This document shows, piece by piece, positions 8,603-16,324 of a stretch of DNA of 34,160 bases. The position numbers were made by a program, and so were the translations under genes. The DNA is taken from positions 1 through 34,160 of IMG/VR virus record IMGVR_UViG_3300022748_000034. The stretch is one strand, 5' to 3'. Source of the stretch: a virus. Within the stretch, counting starts at the first letter, position 1. Every line of letters begins with the position of its first letter. The notes beneath the pieces were generated by a model. It saw only the letters and a program-made list of their open reading frames with translations. It had not been told where the DNA came from and did no database searches.

Positions 8603-9262
8603 ATGCCAGTTCCGTATACCTTCGGCAGCGCAACGAGCGCCATTCCGTTGTCCCAACTGGACAGCAACTTCGCCACGACCATCACGCTTGGCAACACAGC
8701 CATTCAGCTTGGCAACACGGTCACCACGCTGAACAACATGACGTTTGCGAACGTCACGATTGCAAGCGTTTCCGCAGCTATCACTGTGTCTCAGGGCGGC
8801 ACGGGCCTGACCACGCTCACAGCCAACAACGTGATGATTGGCAACGGCACATCCAACGTGGCATTTGTGGCCCCAGGCACGACCGGAAACGTGCTGACCA
8901 GCAACGGCACGACTTGGCTGAGTCAAGCTCCTACGGCTGTTACCGGCAACATCACAATTGGCAATACCACGATTGCCCTGGGTGGCACAGCCACCTCTAT
9001 TGGCAACCTTACGCTTACCAACACAACAATCAGTTCTGTTTCCGCGCCGATTACTGTTGCTCAAGGCGGTACAGGATTGAGCACTTTGACTTCAAACAAC
9101 GTCATCCTCGGCGCTGGCACAGCTAACGTCACTTTTGTAGCTCCAGGCACTACAGGCAACGTCCTGACAAGCAATGGAACTACTTGGGTCAGCCAATCAG
9201 CCGGTAGTGGAGGTTCAACCGGCAGCAATCTTTTCCTTGCAACTAACTTCGGAGGCTTTTAA
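8603..9262 (+). CDS. Tail fibre-like protein with internal 90-aa duplication
   Basis: 219 aa. Two copies of ...I(T/S)V(S/A)QGGTGL(T/S)TLT(A/S)NNV...APGTTGNVLTSNGTTW(L/V)SQ... at 8681-8931 and 8951-9201. The QGGTG motif is common in phage fibre proteins. Confidence 0.6.
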   Translation: MPVPYTFGSATSAIPLSQLDSNFATTITLGNTAIQLGNTVTTLNNMTFANVTIASVSAAITVSQGGTGLTTLTANNVMIGNGTSNVAFVAPGTTGNVLTSNGTTWLSQAPTAVTGNITIGNTTIALGGTATSIGNLTLTNTTISSVSAPITVAQGGTGLSTLTSNNVILGAGTANVTFVAPGTTGNVLTSNGTTWVSQSAGSGGSTGSNLFLATNFGGF

Positions 9263-9264
9263 TC

Positions 9265-9747
9265 ATGCCCGTAACCGCAACTCCCATTTTTGCTCAGACT
9301 CCTAACGTCGGGGCGCTGAACGCCGTCCTTAGCACGGCAATGACTAACACCAAGGCATTCGACGGCACGGAAACGGCTGGTACTGCAATGGTGTTGGCTT
9401 ACACCGCCGGTGCTAACGGTTCGCGTATTGACCAAGTACAGATCAAGTTGGCATCAACCAACGGCGCTACCGCTTCTGGTACATCCAATGCTACGGTGGT
9501 TCGCTTTTGGATCAACAACGGTTCGGCGAACACCACTGCGGGCAACAACATCTTCTTTGGTGAAGTTGCAATTCCCGCTACAGCAGTGACTGCTTTGGCA
9601 ACAAGCGTGAATACGGTGTACTACCTGACGCTGCCTGTCGGTGGTTTGAACCTTCCGGCCTCTTATCGCCTGTATGCCGGAACGACCGTGGCTGCTGGTG
9701 GTACGAACATTGGTATCGCCGTGAACGCAATTGGCGGGGATTACTAA
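9265..9747 (+). CDS. Tail-module protein, unknown function
   Basis: 160 aa, tightly packed between fibre-like genes. A/T/G/N-rich. Confidence 0.55.
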   Translation: MPVTATPIFAQTPNVGALNAVLSTAMTNTKAFDGTETAGTAMVLAYTAGANGSRIDQVQIKLASTNGATASGTSNATVVRFWINNGSANTTAGNNIFFGEVAIPATAVTALATSVNTVYYLTLPVGGLNLPASYRLYAGTTVAAGGTNIGIAVNAIGGDY

Positions 9748-9748
9748 T

Positions 9749-10729
9749 ATGCCAATCTCAAGTCAACCGGCGGCGTTCAACTACCAAGTTAACGACAACG
9801 CCGTATTTCAGCAGTTCACAGCCTCTGGCACTTGGTTTAAGCCGCCAAATGTCAAGTTTGTGTATGTAGAAGTTGTTGGCGCTGGCGGAGGCGGCGGTTC
9901 GGGCCCCAGACGTACAGGCGCAAGAGGCGGTGGTGGAGGCGGCGGTGCTGGCGCAAGGGCATGGCGTTTGTTTAGAGCAGATGATTTGCCTAATGCGGTA
10001 TCAATAACCATTGGCGCTGGTGGGGCGGGTGGTACTGCACAAACGGTTGATAGCACAAACGGAAACACTGGAACTGACGGAGGAACCAGTTGGTTTGGCG
10101 GCACAAGTGCTGCTACGTCATACATTGCCGCTTATGGTGGAGGCGGCGGCGCGGGTGGAACCGGCACTGGCGCTGCGGGCGGCGCGGGTGGTGGAACCGC
10201 AAGTTCTGCTAGTGCAAGTACCGCAGGTAATCCGTTTTTATCAGGAGTAACTGTCGCTACCCCCGGTAATGTTGTTGGTGGGATGGGGGCAAATACAACT
10301 AGCTCTTACTCAGGCAATGCCGAGTGGGGCGGCGGTGCTGGCGGCTATACAAGCGGTACTACGCCCACTTCTTCCGGTGGAGGAAGTTCGCTTTACGGGG
10401 CTGGTGGAGGCGGCGGCGGGGGGTGTTCAACCAGCGGCGGCACTTTAAGTAACGGCGGTGCTGGTGGCGCCTCAAACAGTTACTCAAACGGCGGTGGCGG
10501 TGCAGGGGGAACTTCTGGCGCAAACGGAGCAGACGGCGCTTTGCAAATTAACGGGGCCGGTTCTGGCGGCGGTGGTGGTGGAACATCTGCGGCAGCAATA
10601 GGCGGGACAGGGGGCGCGGGCGGTCTTGGCGGCGGGGGTGGTGGCGGTGGCGGTTCATCCGCAAACACATTCAACTCTGGTGCTGGCGGTACTGGCGGCA
10701 ACGGCCTTGTTCGCGTCTACGCTTATTGA
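9749..10729 (+). CDS. Glycine-rich domain protein (tail-associated)
   Basis: ATG 9749 lies 1 nt after the upstream stop; the track start 9731 is a TTG. N-terminus FTASGTWFKPPNVKFVYVEVVGAGGGGGSG is followed by many GGxGG runs and ends in GGNGLVRVYAY. This layout matches glycine-rich phage tail proteins. Confidence 0.6.
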   Translation: MPISSQPAAFNYQVNDNAVFQQFTASGTWFKPPNVKFVYVEVVGAGGGGGSGPRRTGARGGGGGGGAGARAWRLFRADDLPNAVSITIGAGGAGGTAQTVDSTNGNTGTDGGTSWFGGTSAATSYIAAYGGGGGAGGTGTGAAGGAGGGTASSASASTAGNPFLSGVTVATPGNVVGGMGANTTSSYSGNAEWGGGAGGYTSGTTPTSSGGGSSLYGAGGGGGGGCSTSGGTLSNGGAGGASNSYSNGGGGAGGTSGANGADGALQINGAGSGGGGGGTSAAAIGGTGGAGGLGGGGGGGGGSSANTFNSGAGGTGGNGLVRVYAY

Positions 10730-10738
10730 GGTATCAGC

Positions 10739-10981
10739 ATGAACAATAAATTTGCAGTTATTGAAAACGGTATTGTGACCAATGTTGTTATTGGCACACC
10801 AACAATTGCTGAAAACCAAATGCTTGTTCAGTGCGACAACGCGGGGCCGGGATGGAAATACATCGACGGTCAGTTTGTTGAGCCTGACCCTGTGCCCGCT
10901 GCTCCTGCCGCGCCGACCAAAGAACAATTGCTCGCGCAGTTGCAAGCACTTCAAGCGCAGATTCAAAACTTGGGGGCGTAA
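10739..10981 (+). CDS. Small tail-module protein
   Basis: 80 aa with GAGGT SD. Has a PAAPAAP linker plus a C-terminal helix LLAQLQALQAQIQNL. Confidence 0.55.
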   Translation: MNNKFAVIENGIVTNVVIGTPTIAENQMLVQCDNAGPGWKYIDGQFVEPDPVPAAPAAPTKEQLLAQLQALQAQIQNLGA

Positions 10982-11311
10982 ATGGGAATTCAGGCTTTCA
11001 CCAAAACGGGCAATACCGTCACTTTCACGGCGGCTACCAGTGCGCCAACTCCGGTGCAAGCCGTTTCTGACTCTCTCGGCGGCAACCAGTATCGCGTCAT
11101 CAACGCTGGAAGTGTCATTGTTTTTCTCGGCTACGGAACAACCAGCTCTGATGCCTCCAACAATGCAGTGACTGTTAGCACAAGTGCGCCTAGTTTTCCG
11201 CTACTGCCAGGAACAGATGAAATTTTGACGTTTATGCCAAACGCATATTTCACAGCAGTCACCGGCTCTAGCACCGCAACTATTTACGTTACTCCTGGCG
11301 ATGGCCTGTGA
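10982..11311 (+). CDS. 109-aa beta-rich protein, paralogue of 20792-21118
   Basis: MGIQAFTKTGNTVTFTAATSAPTPVQAVS...YVTPGDGL aligns end to end with MGIMAFTPMGNTVTFLAAATPPTPVQALS...YISPGDGS. Confidence 0.65.
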   Translation: MGIQAFTKTGNTVTFTAATSAPTPVQAVSDSLGGNQYRVINAGSVIVFLGYGTTSSDASNNAVTVSTSAPSFPLLPGTDEILTFMPNAYFTAVTGSSTATIYVTPGDGL

Positions 11312-11319
11312 GGTGAAAC

Positions 11320-11829
11320 ATGTTAAAGACAGTACAAACAGGCGGCGGTGGTGGTGGCGGCGGTAACGTAACGGCAGTAACTGCGACCTCTCCTGTTCAG
11401 TCATCCGGGGGAACAGCGCCGAACATATCTATGGCGGCGGCAAACGCCACGACCAGTGGATATTTAACCTCTACTGATTGGACAACCTTTAACAACAAAG
11501 GAACTGGCAACGGTTCCGTCACTAGTGTCGATACAGGAACGGGTCTTACTGGTGGCCCTATCACGACCACGGGCACAGTCAGCCTTGCAAACACGGCTGT
11601 GACTGCGGGCAGCTACGGCAACTCTAGCTCTGTTGCCTCGTTTACGGTTGATGCACAGGGTCGATTGACTGCTGCATCCAACGTCACCATTGTTGCTACG
11701 GCTGCAAACCTGAGCAACACTTCGTCTACAGCCACGTTTGCTACGGCGAGCTTGCCGCTTGTGCCGGAAGGTTACGTTGTCATTCAGGTCAACGGTGTCA
11801 ACAAGAAAATTCCCTACTACGGTGTGTAA
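11320..11829 (+). CDS. Short tail fibre-like protein
   Basis: 169 aa with GAGGTG SD. Has a G8 run, then ATTSGYLTSTDWTTFNNKG and TGLTGGPITTTGTVSL motifs typical of fibre shafts. Confidence 0.5.
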   Translation: MLKTVQTGGGGGGGGNVTAVTATSPVQSSGGTAPNISMAAANATTSGYLTSTDWTTFNNKGTGNGSVTSVDTGTGLTGGPITTTGTVSLANTAVTAGSYGNSSSVASFTVDAQGRLTAASNVTIVATAANLSNTSSTATFATASLPLVPEGYVVIQVNGVNKKIPYYGV

Positions 11830-12051
11830 ATGGAGAACCAGCAGCTTTTCAATATCGTTGTGACCATTGCCGGCTTCTTGGCAGGATGGGTGCTGAACAA
11901 CATCACTCGTAACTTGACGAAAGTTGAAGACAAGATTGCTGAGTTTCCGATGCTGTATGTCAACCGAGAAGACTACAGGCACGACATCTCTGAGTTAAAA
12001 GACATCTGCAAGCAGATTTTTGCCAAGCTGGATGGGAAGGCTGACAAATGA
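11830..12051 (+). CDS. N-terminally membrane-anchored small protein
   Basis: 73 aa. One TM segment (FNIVVTIAGFLAGWVLNNI) followed by a charged helical tail. Confidence 0.55.
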   Translation: MENQQLFNIVVTIAGFLAGWVLNNITRNLTKVEDKIAEFPMLYVNREDYRHDISELKDICKQIFAKLDGKADK

Positions 12052-12467
12052 GAAAGCATTGCCACAAGCCAACGTATCAATCATGGAAAAACATGAGGCA
12101 GCGTTGTAACTTGCCTAGCATGGGCAACTATGCTCGTTATGGCGGTGCTGGCGTTACATACGACAAGTTATGGGATAGCTACGACCAGTTTTTGCAAGAC
12201 ATGGGTGAGCGACCAGATGGCATGACGCTTGACAGAATTGACTCATCTAAAGGGTATAGCAAACAGAACTGCCGATGGGCGACTCCCGCGCAACAGCAAG
12301 CCAACAGAAAAAACTGTATGCACCTAACATACCAAGGTGTAACGCAGACGGCGGCTGAATGGTCGCGTCAGCTTGGGTTAGCAAAAGGAGCAGTGTGGAA
12401 CAGAATTAAAAACGGCTGGCCGGTTGAATTGGCTGTCACGGCTCCGAAAGGAGGGGCGGCCTATTAA
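12048..12467 (+). CDS. Free-standing DNA-binding protein of the YxSWxxMxxRC type (often annotated HNH/AP2-like)
   Basis: 139 aa. Has YQSWKNMRQRC ... LDRIDSSKGYSKQNCRWATPAQQQANR, then a C-terminal HTH-like TAAEWSRQLGLAKGAVWNRIKNGWPVELAV. No nuclease catalytic motif was seen. Confidence 0.45.
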   Translation: MRKHCHKPTYQSWKNMRQRCNLPSMGNYARYGGAGVTYDKLWDSYDQFLQDMGERPDGMTLDRIDSSKGYSKQNCRWATPAQQQANRKNCMHLTYQGVTQTAAEWSRQLGLAKGAVWNRIKNGWPVELAVTAPKGGAAY

Positions 12468-12468
12468 C

Positions 12469-12801
12469 ATGGAAGCGCTCTCCTACGTCAAGTTCGGCGA
12501 CCGCGACGGACTTGCAGAGATGCTGTTTGAAAACGGCGTGCAGCACCTGCTGTTCTACCAAATCCTTGCTGACCAAGGCATTCTGGTTCCGAAGTACCCG
12601 ATTATTGATGCCGACCCTGCCAACCTAGATGATTGGCTGTTCGTGCATAACCAGGAACATGAGTCATTCGCTCGCATTCTGAACTTAGACAACCCGTTCC
12701 AGTTGCTCAATGCTGATTGGAAAGTTGAGGATGACTTCTACGATTGGATTGGCGTTCACCAGACCATCCATCAGCAGATAGCGCAAGCATTGGGAGTGTG
12801 A
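12469..12801 (+). CDS. Hypothetical protein (110 aa)
   Basis: ATG 12469 lies 1 nt after the upstream stop, with AAAGGAGGGG upstream. The track start 12424 is a TTG inside the previous gene. Confidence 0.6.
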   Translation: MEALSYVKFGDRDGLAEMLFENGVQHLLFYQILADQGILVPKYPIIDADPANLDDWLFVHNQEHESFARILNLDNPFQLLNADWKVEDDFYDWIGVHQTIHQQIAQALGV

Positions 12802-12802
12802 T

Positions 12803-15304
12803 ATGGCTATTGAATACGTTTGGATTGGCGGTGATTCTGGAGAGTATTTGCCAATAGAAGTGCCGGACACTCCTGCTGCCGCCCCCGCTGCCGCTGCGCC
12901 AGCCGCTCCTGCTGCCGCCCCTTCTGCTCCAGGGTTGTCTGAGCAGCAAGTACAGCGATTGTCTGCTGAAGACTTGATGCGCCTGGTGGCTGACACCAAT
13001 GCCACGCAACAAGTTGACCCGTCAGTGTCCGGTGGCTTAACTGTTCCACTTGGCGGCGGCTACTTTGCGGACTACACGCAGCCAGGACGCTACTACGGTG
13101 AAGGCGAGTTTGTTCAAACAGGCCCACCTCAACTGTCAATGATTAGCCGTGACATCGGCAACAACTATGCTGAGGTTTACACGCCTCAAGGAGAGTATGT
13201 AGAAACTCGGTACATCCCGCCGAGCAACAGTTTCACCACCATGATTGCAATGGTGGCCGCCCCGTTCCTTGCAGAACTCATATTGCCAGTCATTTCTTCT
13301 GCGCTTCCGGCGGGAACAAGTGCCGCGACCGCAACGGCTGTGTCAAATGCTGTCGCAAGAGCTGGTGTTGCCATTGCTTCAGGACAAGACCCAGGAACCG
13401 CGATAGCCAATGCGGTTGTGTCGGTTGGGCTAAACACTTTTGGTGGAGATGTCACTGGTTCCATCAGAGATGCTATAGGCAACCCATCTGTTGCAAACGC
13501 AGTTATTGCTGCTGGCAATGCTGCTGTGCAAACTTTGGCAAATGGCGGGAGTGCAGATGATATTGCTCGGGCAGCCGTTGGAAGCGCACTAGGCACTGGC
13601 ATAGCAGATGCAGGTGGCAATCAATTTTTTGGCAGGTTGGTTGGTCAGCTTGCAACAGGTCAAAGCGCAGAGACAATTATTGGCAGTGCATTGGGTGGCG
13701 CGGCATCTCAAATTGCCAAAACGACAGCCGCATTGCCAACAAAGACCGTATTTGACGCAGGTTCAATGAATGTGTCTCAGGGCGCGGACGCAATCGTCAA
13801 TGCAATTGAAAAAGGCACTGAGCTTGCATTTGCTCCCGGCCCTGCTGGTGCTGCCGTTGGCGCAGCAAGCGCGGCGACTGAAGCATTGTTGATTCGTCTA
13901 GCAGCCACACCGCAGGGACAAGAGGCGCTACGGCAAGCAGCCACAGTATCGACAACAGTACGCGATGCTCTGATTGCTACCGGCGTATTTACTGGCGCTG
14001 GTGTTCTTGCGTTCATGCAAGGCGCATCTCTTGTACCAGAGAAACCGACTACGGCGACAGGCCAAAGTGTCAGCGAGCTTGTTCAGCAAATTCCTACAGG
14101 CATCTCTGGAACTGGCGGCACATCTACCGCTGGAGCTGGAAGGGGCGTAGTTAGCCCGCCGTTTGTTCGTCCTGTGACAACAACAGGCGCACCTGATGTG
14201 ACTGTTCTTCAGACATTGACGGGCACGGGATATACGCCGCCAGAAGCGTACATTGACAATACGCCCGTGCCGGTGACGGCTGATGTCATCAACGTCGCGG
14301 CAAGACTCAATTTGACGGTTGCAGAAGCACTTGCGTTGCAGCAACAAACGCCGACGCTATTTAGTCAGGTGGTCGGCAACGTCAATCAGGGAACGGCGGT
14401 TGAACCTGACCTCCTGCCGGTACGCGACCTTCGTATTCTTGAGTCGCTGCAACGTGGTCAACCAGACATTGATACTGGCAACGTGCTTGTTGTCGGAGAG
14501 CAAAAAGCACCAGGAAGTCAGGCAGTCATTTCTGGCGGTGAAACGACAGGTCAAGTTGTTCCTACTACTGGCACGGAATTTACTCAAGGCGTCGCGGTTT
14601 CTGTTGACCCGCAGAGCAAGACCGCTATGGTCATTTCTCCTGATGGACAAGTTTCTATTGTCAATGTGACGCCGGATGTGAAGCCTGGAACGTCCGTAAA
14701 CATTAACAGGGCGACCAATACAGCTACAAGCACTGGCACGGGCACTGATACTGGAACCAAAACCAAAACAGACACAAAAACAGACACGCAGACCGGAACC
14801 AAAGCGGGAACACAGACCGGCACTCAAACAGGGACAAAAACTGATACGCAAACAAAGACCGAAACCGGCACGAAGACGGGAACCACTGTCACAACAACAA
14901 CCGACACACCCATAACAACCACTCCTCCAGGCCCACCTGTGGTAACCCCGCCGGTGACTCCTCCCTCCGAGCCTCCCTCCGAGCCTCCGATTGAGCCTCC
15001 GATTGAGCCTCCGATTGAGCCTCCGATTGAGCCTCCGGTTGAGCCTCCGATTGAGCCTCCGGTTGAACCTCCGGTTGAGCCTCCGGTTAGGCCTCCGGTT
15101 GAGCCTCCGACAGTGGTGGTCAAACCTCCGGTCAGACCAAGGACGCCTATGCTGTTTCCGACTGTCTCTGTTCGCGGTTCACCTCTTGAGCAAGCTCTTA
15201 GCGCCTATGTGCCGCCGGGAGAAATTGAAGTTGGAACCGGGAAGTCTCGACGGGACGTTTGGAACGAGGCATCATTACGTCTGAAGGACGCTTTGGGACT
15301 TTAA
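12803..15304 (+). CDS. Internal virion/ejection-type protein with low-complexity repeat regions
   Basis: 833 aa. Has an N-terminal PAAAPAAAAPAAPAAAP tract, hydrophobic Ala/Gly-rich segments, a (Thr-x)n tract, (x-E-P-P)12 and a basic C-terminus. It is the first of four large genes occupying the position of podovirus internal proteins. Confidence 0.5.
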   Translation: MAIEYVWIGGDSGEYLPIEVPDTPAAAPAAAAPAAPAAAPSAPGLSEQQVQRLSAEDLMRLVADTNATQQVDPSVSGGLTVPLGGGYFADYTQPGRYYGEGEFVQTGPPQLSMISRDIGNNYAEVYTPQGEYVETRYIPPSNSFTTMIAMVAAPFLAELILPVISSALPAGTSAATATAVSNAVARAGVAIASGQDPGTAIANAVVSVGLNTFGGDVTGSIRDAIGNPSVANAVIAAGNAAVQTLANGGSADDIARAAVGSALGTGIADAGGNQFFGRLVGQLATGQSAETIIGSALGGAASQIAKTTAALPTKTVFDAGSMNVSQGADAIVNAIEKGTELAFAPGPAGAAVGAASAATEALLIRLAATPQGQEALRQAATVSTTVRDALIATGVFTGAGVLAFMQGASLVPEKPTTATGQSVSELVQQIPTGISGTGGTSTAGAGRGVVSPPFVRPVTTTGAPDVTVLQTLTGTGYTPPEAYIDNTPVPVTADVINVAARLNLTVAEALALQQQTPTLFSQVVGNVNQGTAVEPDLLPVRDLRILESLQRGQPDIDTGNVLVVGEQKAPGSQAVISGGETTGQVVPTTGTEFTQGVAVSVDPQSKTAMVISPDGQVSIVNVTPDVKPGTSVNINRATNTATSTGTGTDTGTKTKTDTKTDTQTGTKAGTQTGTQTGTKTDTQTKTETGTKTGTTVTTTTDTPITTTPPGPPVVTPPVTPPSEPPSEPPIEPPIEPPIEPPIEPPVEPPIEPPVEPPVEPPVRPPVEPPTVVVKPPVRPRTPMLFPTVSVRGSPLEQALSAYVPPGEIEVGTGKSRRDVWNEASLRLKDALGL
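14966..15109 (+). repeat. 12-bp tandem repeat x12 (consensus ATTGAGCCTCCG)
   Basis: Units counted directly: TCCGAGCCTCCC, TCCGAGCCTCCG, ATTGAGCCTCCG x4, GTTGAGCCTCCG, ATTGAGCCTCCG, GTTGAACCTCCG, GTTGAGCCTCCG, GTTAGGCCTCCG, GTTGAGCCTCCG. In frame they encode (S/I/V)(E/R)PP. Confidence 0.95.
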
Positions 15305-15305
15305 T

Positions 15306-16319
15306 ATGGCTAAAACTCTTAAAGACCTAACCCGTGTGGGCACAGATGCCCGCAAGATTGCTGCGCTGCTTCGTGAGAAGGCTCCGGCGGGGCATGACCT
15401 TGCGTGGATTAACCCGCGAGAGGCCGCATTGCTCAAAGCATCCGGCGGCAGCGGTCACATTGACCCGCAGACGGGCATTCGTTCGTATGAAGAAACGCCG
15501 CCCACTCCTTCTATGGACGATATTTATGCGTATGAAGAAGGGCCGGGAGGAGTCGTTGAAGCTGCGCCAGATGTCATCTCGCCATTTGCTCAAAATTACT
15601 ATAGTGGGCAGATTAGCCCTTTAGAGCAAGCAACTTTTACGCCTAGAGATGGCGTGCAGCCTGTGGACATTATGGCTCCCGGTGCTGCTCAAGCCGCCCC
15701 TCCTTCGGAAATTCCGTTTGGTGGCGTGCCGGTAACGACTCCAGATGCTCGCCAATACATTGAGGGGGCAGCCGCGCCTGGAACTCCGGCTGCGTTGGGT
15801 CAACCTCCGACCATGCCGCAAGCTGCTGCACCGGCGGCTGCTAAAACCGGCAAGGACAACTTGCTTGCTCAGCTTGGCATTGCAGGAGTCGGTGCGCTGC
15901 TCGGCGCTCGCGCAGGACGCAGGGCTACGGCTGGCGCTCAGGCTGGCGCACAAGAGATGCGTCAACTTGCAGCCCCGTATCAGCAAGCAGGACAGCAGCT
16001 TCAAGCGGCTGCTCAGCGCGGCGAACTGACTCCCGGCAGCCAGCAAGCATTGCAAGCCATGCAAGCGCAAATGGCTCAGGGCATTGAAAAACGTGGCGGT
16101 GTTGGCGTGGCTCAGGCTCAGGCAGCCATCTCTAACCTCCGAACTCAACTGCTTCAACAGCAATACGACTATGGCTTGAAGTTGTCCGGCATTGGTGACA
16201 ACATTGCGCTTGGCGCTATCAAGACCGGCATGGAAGCTGATAAGTATGCTGCTCAATTGAGCCAGAACTTCTACAGCAATTTGGCTCGTGTGGCTGGTGG
16301 CGCTTTGCGTTCGGAGTAA
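15306..16319 (+). CDS. Internal virion-type protein
   Basis: 337 aa. One hydrophobic segment (LLAQLGIAGVGALLGA) and an Ala/Gln-rich helical C-terminal half. The antisense ORF 15621-16352 is a shadow. Confidence 0.5.
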   Translation: MAKTLKDLTRVGTDARKIAALLREKAPAGHDLAWINPREAALLKASGGSGHIDPQTGIRSYEETPPTPSMDDIYAYEEGPGGVVEAAPDVISPFAQNYYSGQISPLEQATFTPRDGVQPVDIMAPGAAQAAPPSEIPFGGVPVTTPDARQYIEGAAAPGTPAALGQPPTMPQAAAPAAAKTGKDNLLAQLGIAGVGALLGARAGRRATAGAQAGAQEMRQLAAPYQQAGQQLQAAAQRGELTPGSQQALQAMQAQMAQGIEKRGGVGVAQAQAAISNLRTQLLQQQYDYGLKLSGIGDNIALGAIKTGMEADKYAAQLSQNFYSNLARVAGGALRSE

Positions 16320-16324
16320 AGAAC

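Noticed and set aside
9808-10701. Proline-rich minus-strand ORFs (9808-10125, 10480-10701) and plus-frame ORF 10011-10250
   Set aside because: They are the complement or an alternate frame of the GGN-rich glycine-rich gene, so they are compositional artefacts.
11830-12051. Spanin (i-spanin) assignment for the TM plus coiled-coil protein
   Set aside because: It lies ~10 kb from the holin/endolysin pair and has no embedded or adjacent lipobox-containing o-spanin ORF. It is kept as a membrane-anchored protein of unknown role.
14966-15109. CRISPR-like array
   Set aside because: The 12-bp units are contiguous with no spacers and lie in frame inside a CDS. No other repeat-spacer structure or cas gene exists in the window.
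14824-15284. ORFs reading GGSTGGS... (minus strand) and SLRLSLRL... (plus strand, other frame)
   Set aside because: Both are produced by reading the 12-bp tandem repeat in the wrong frame or strand. The in-frame reading belongs to the 833-aa gene.
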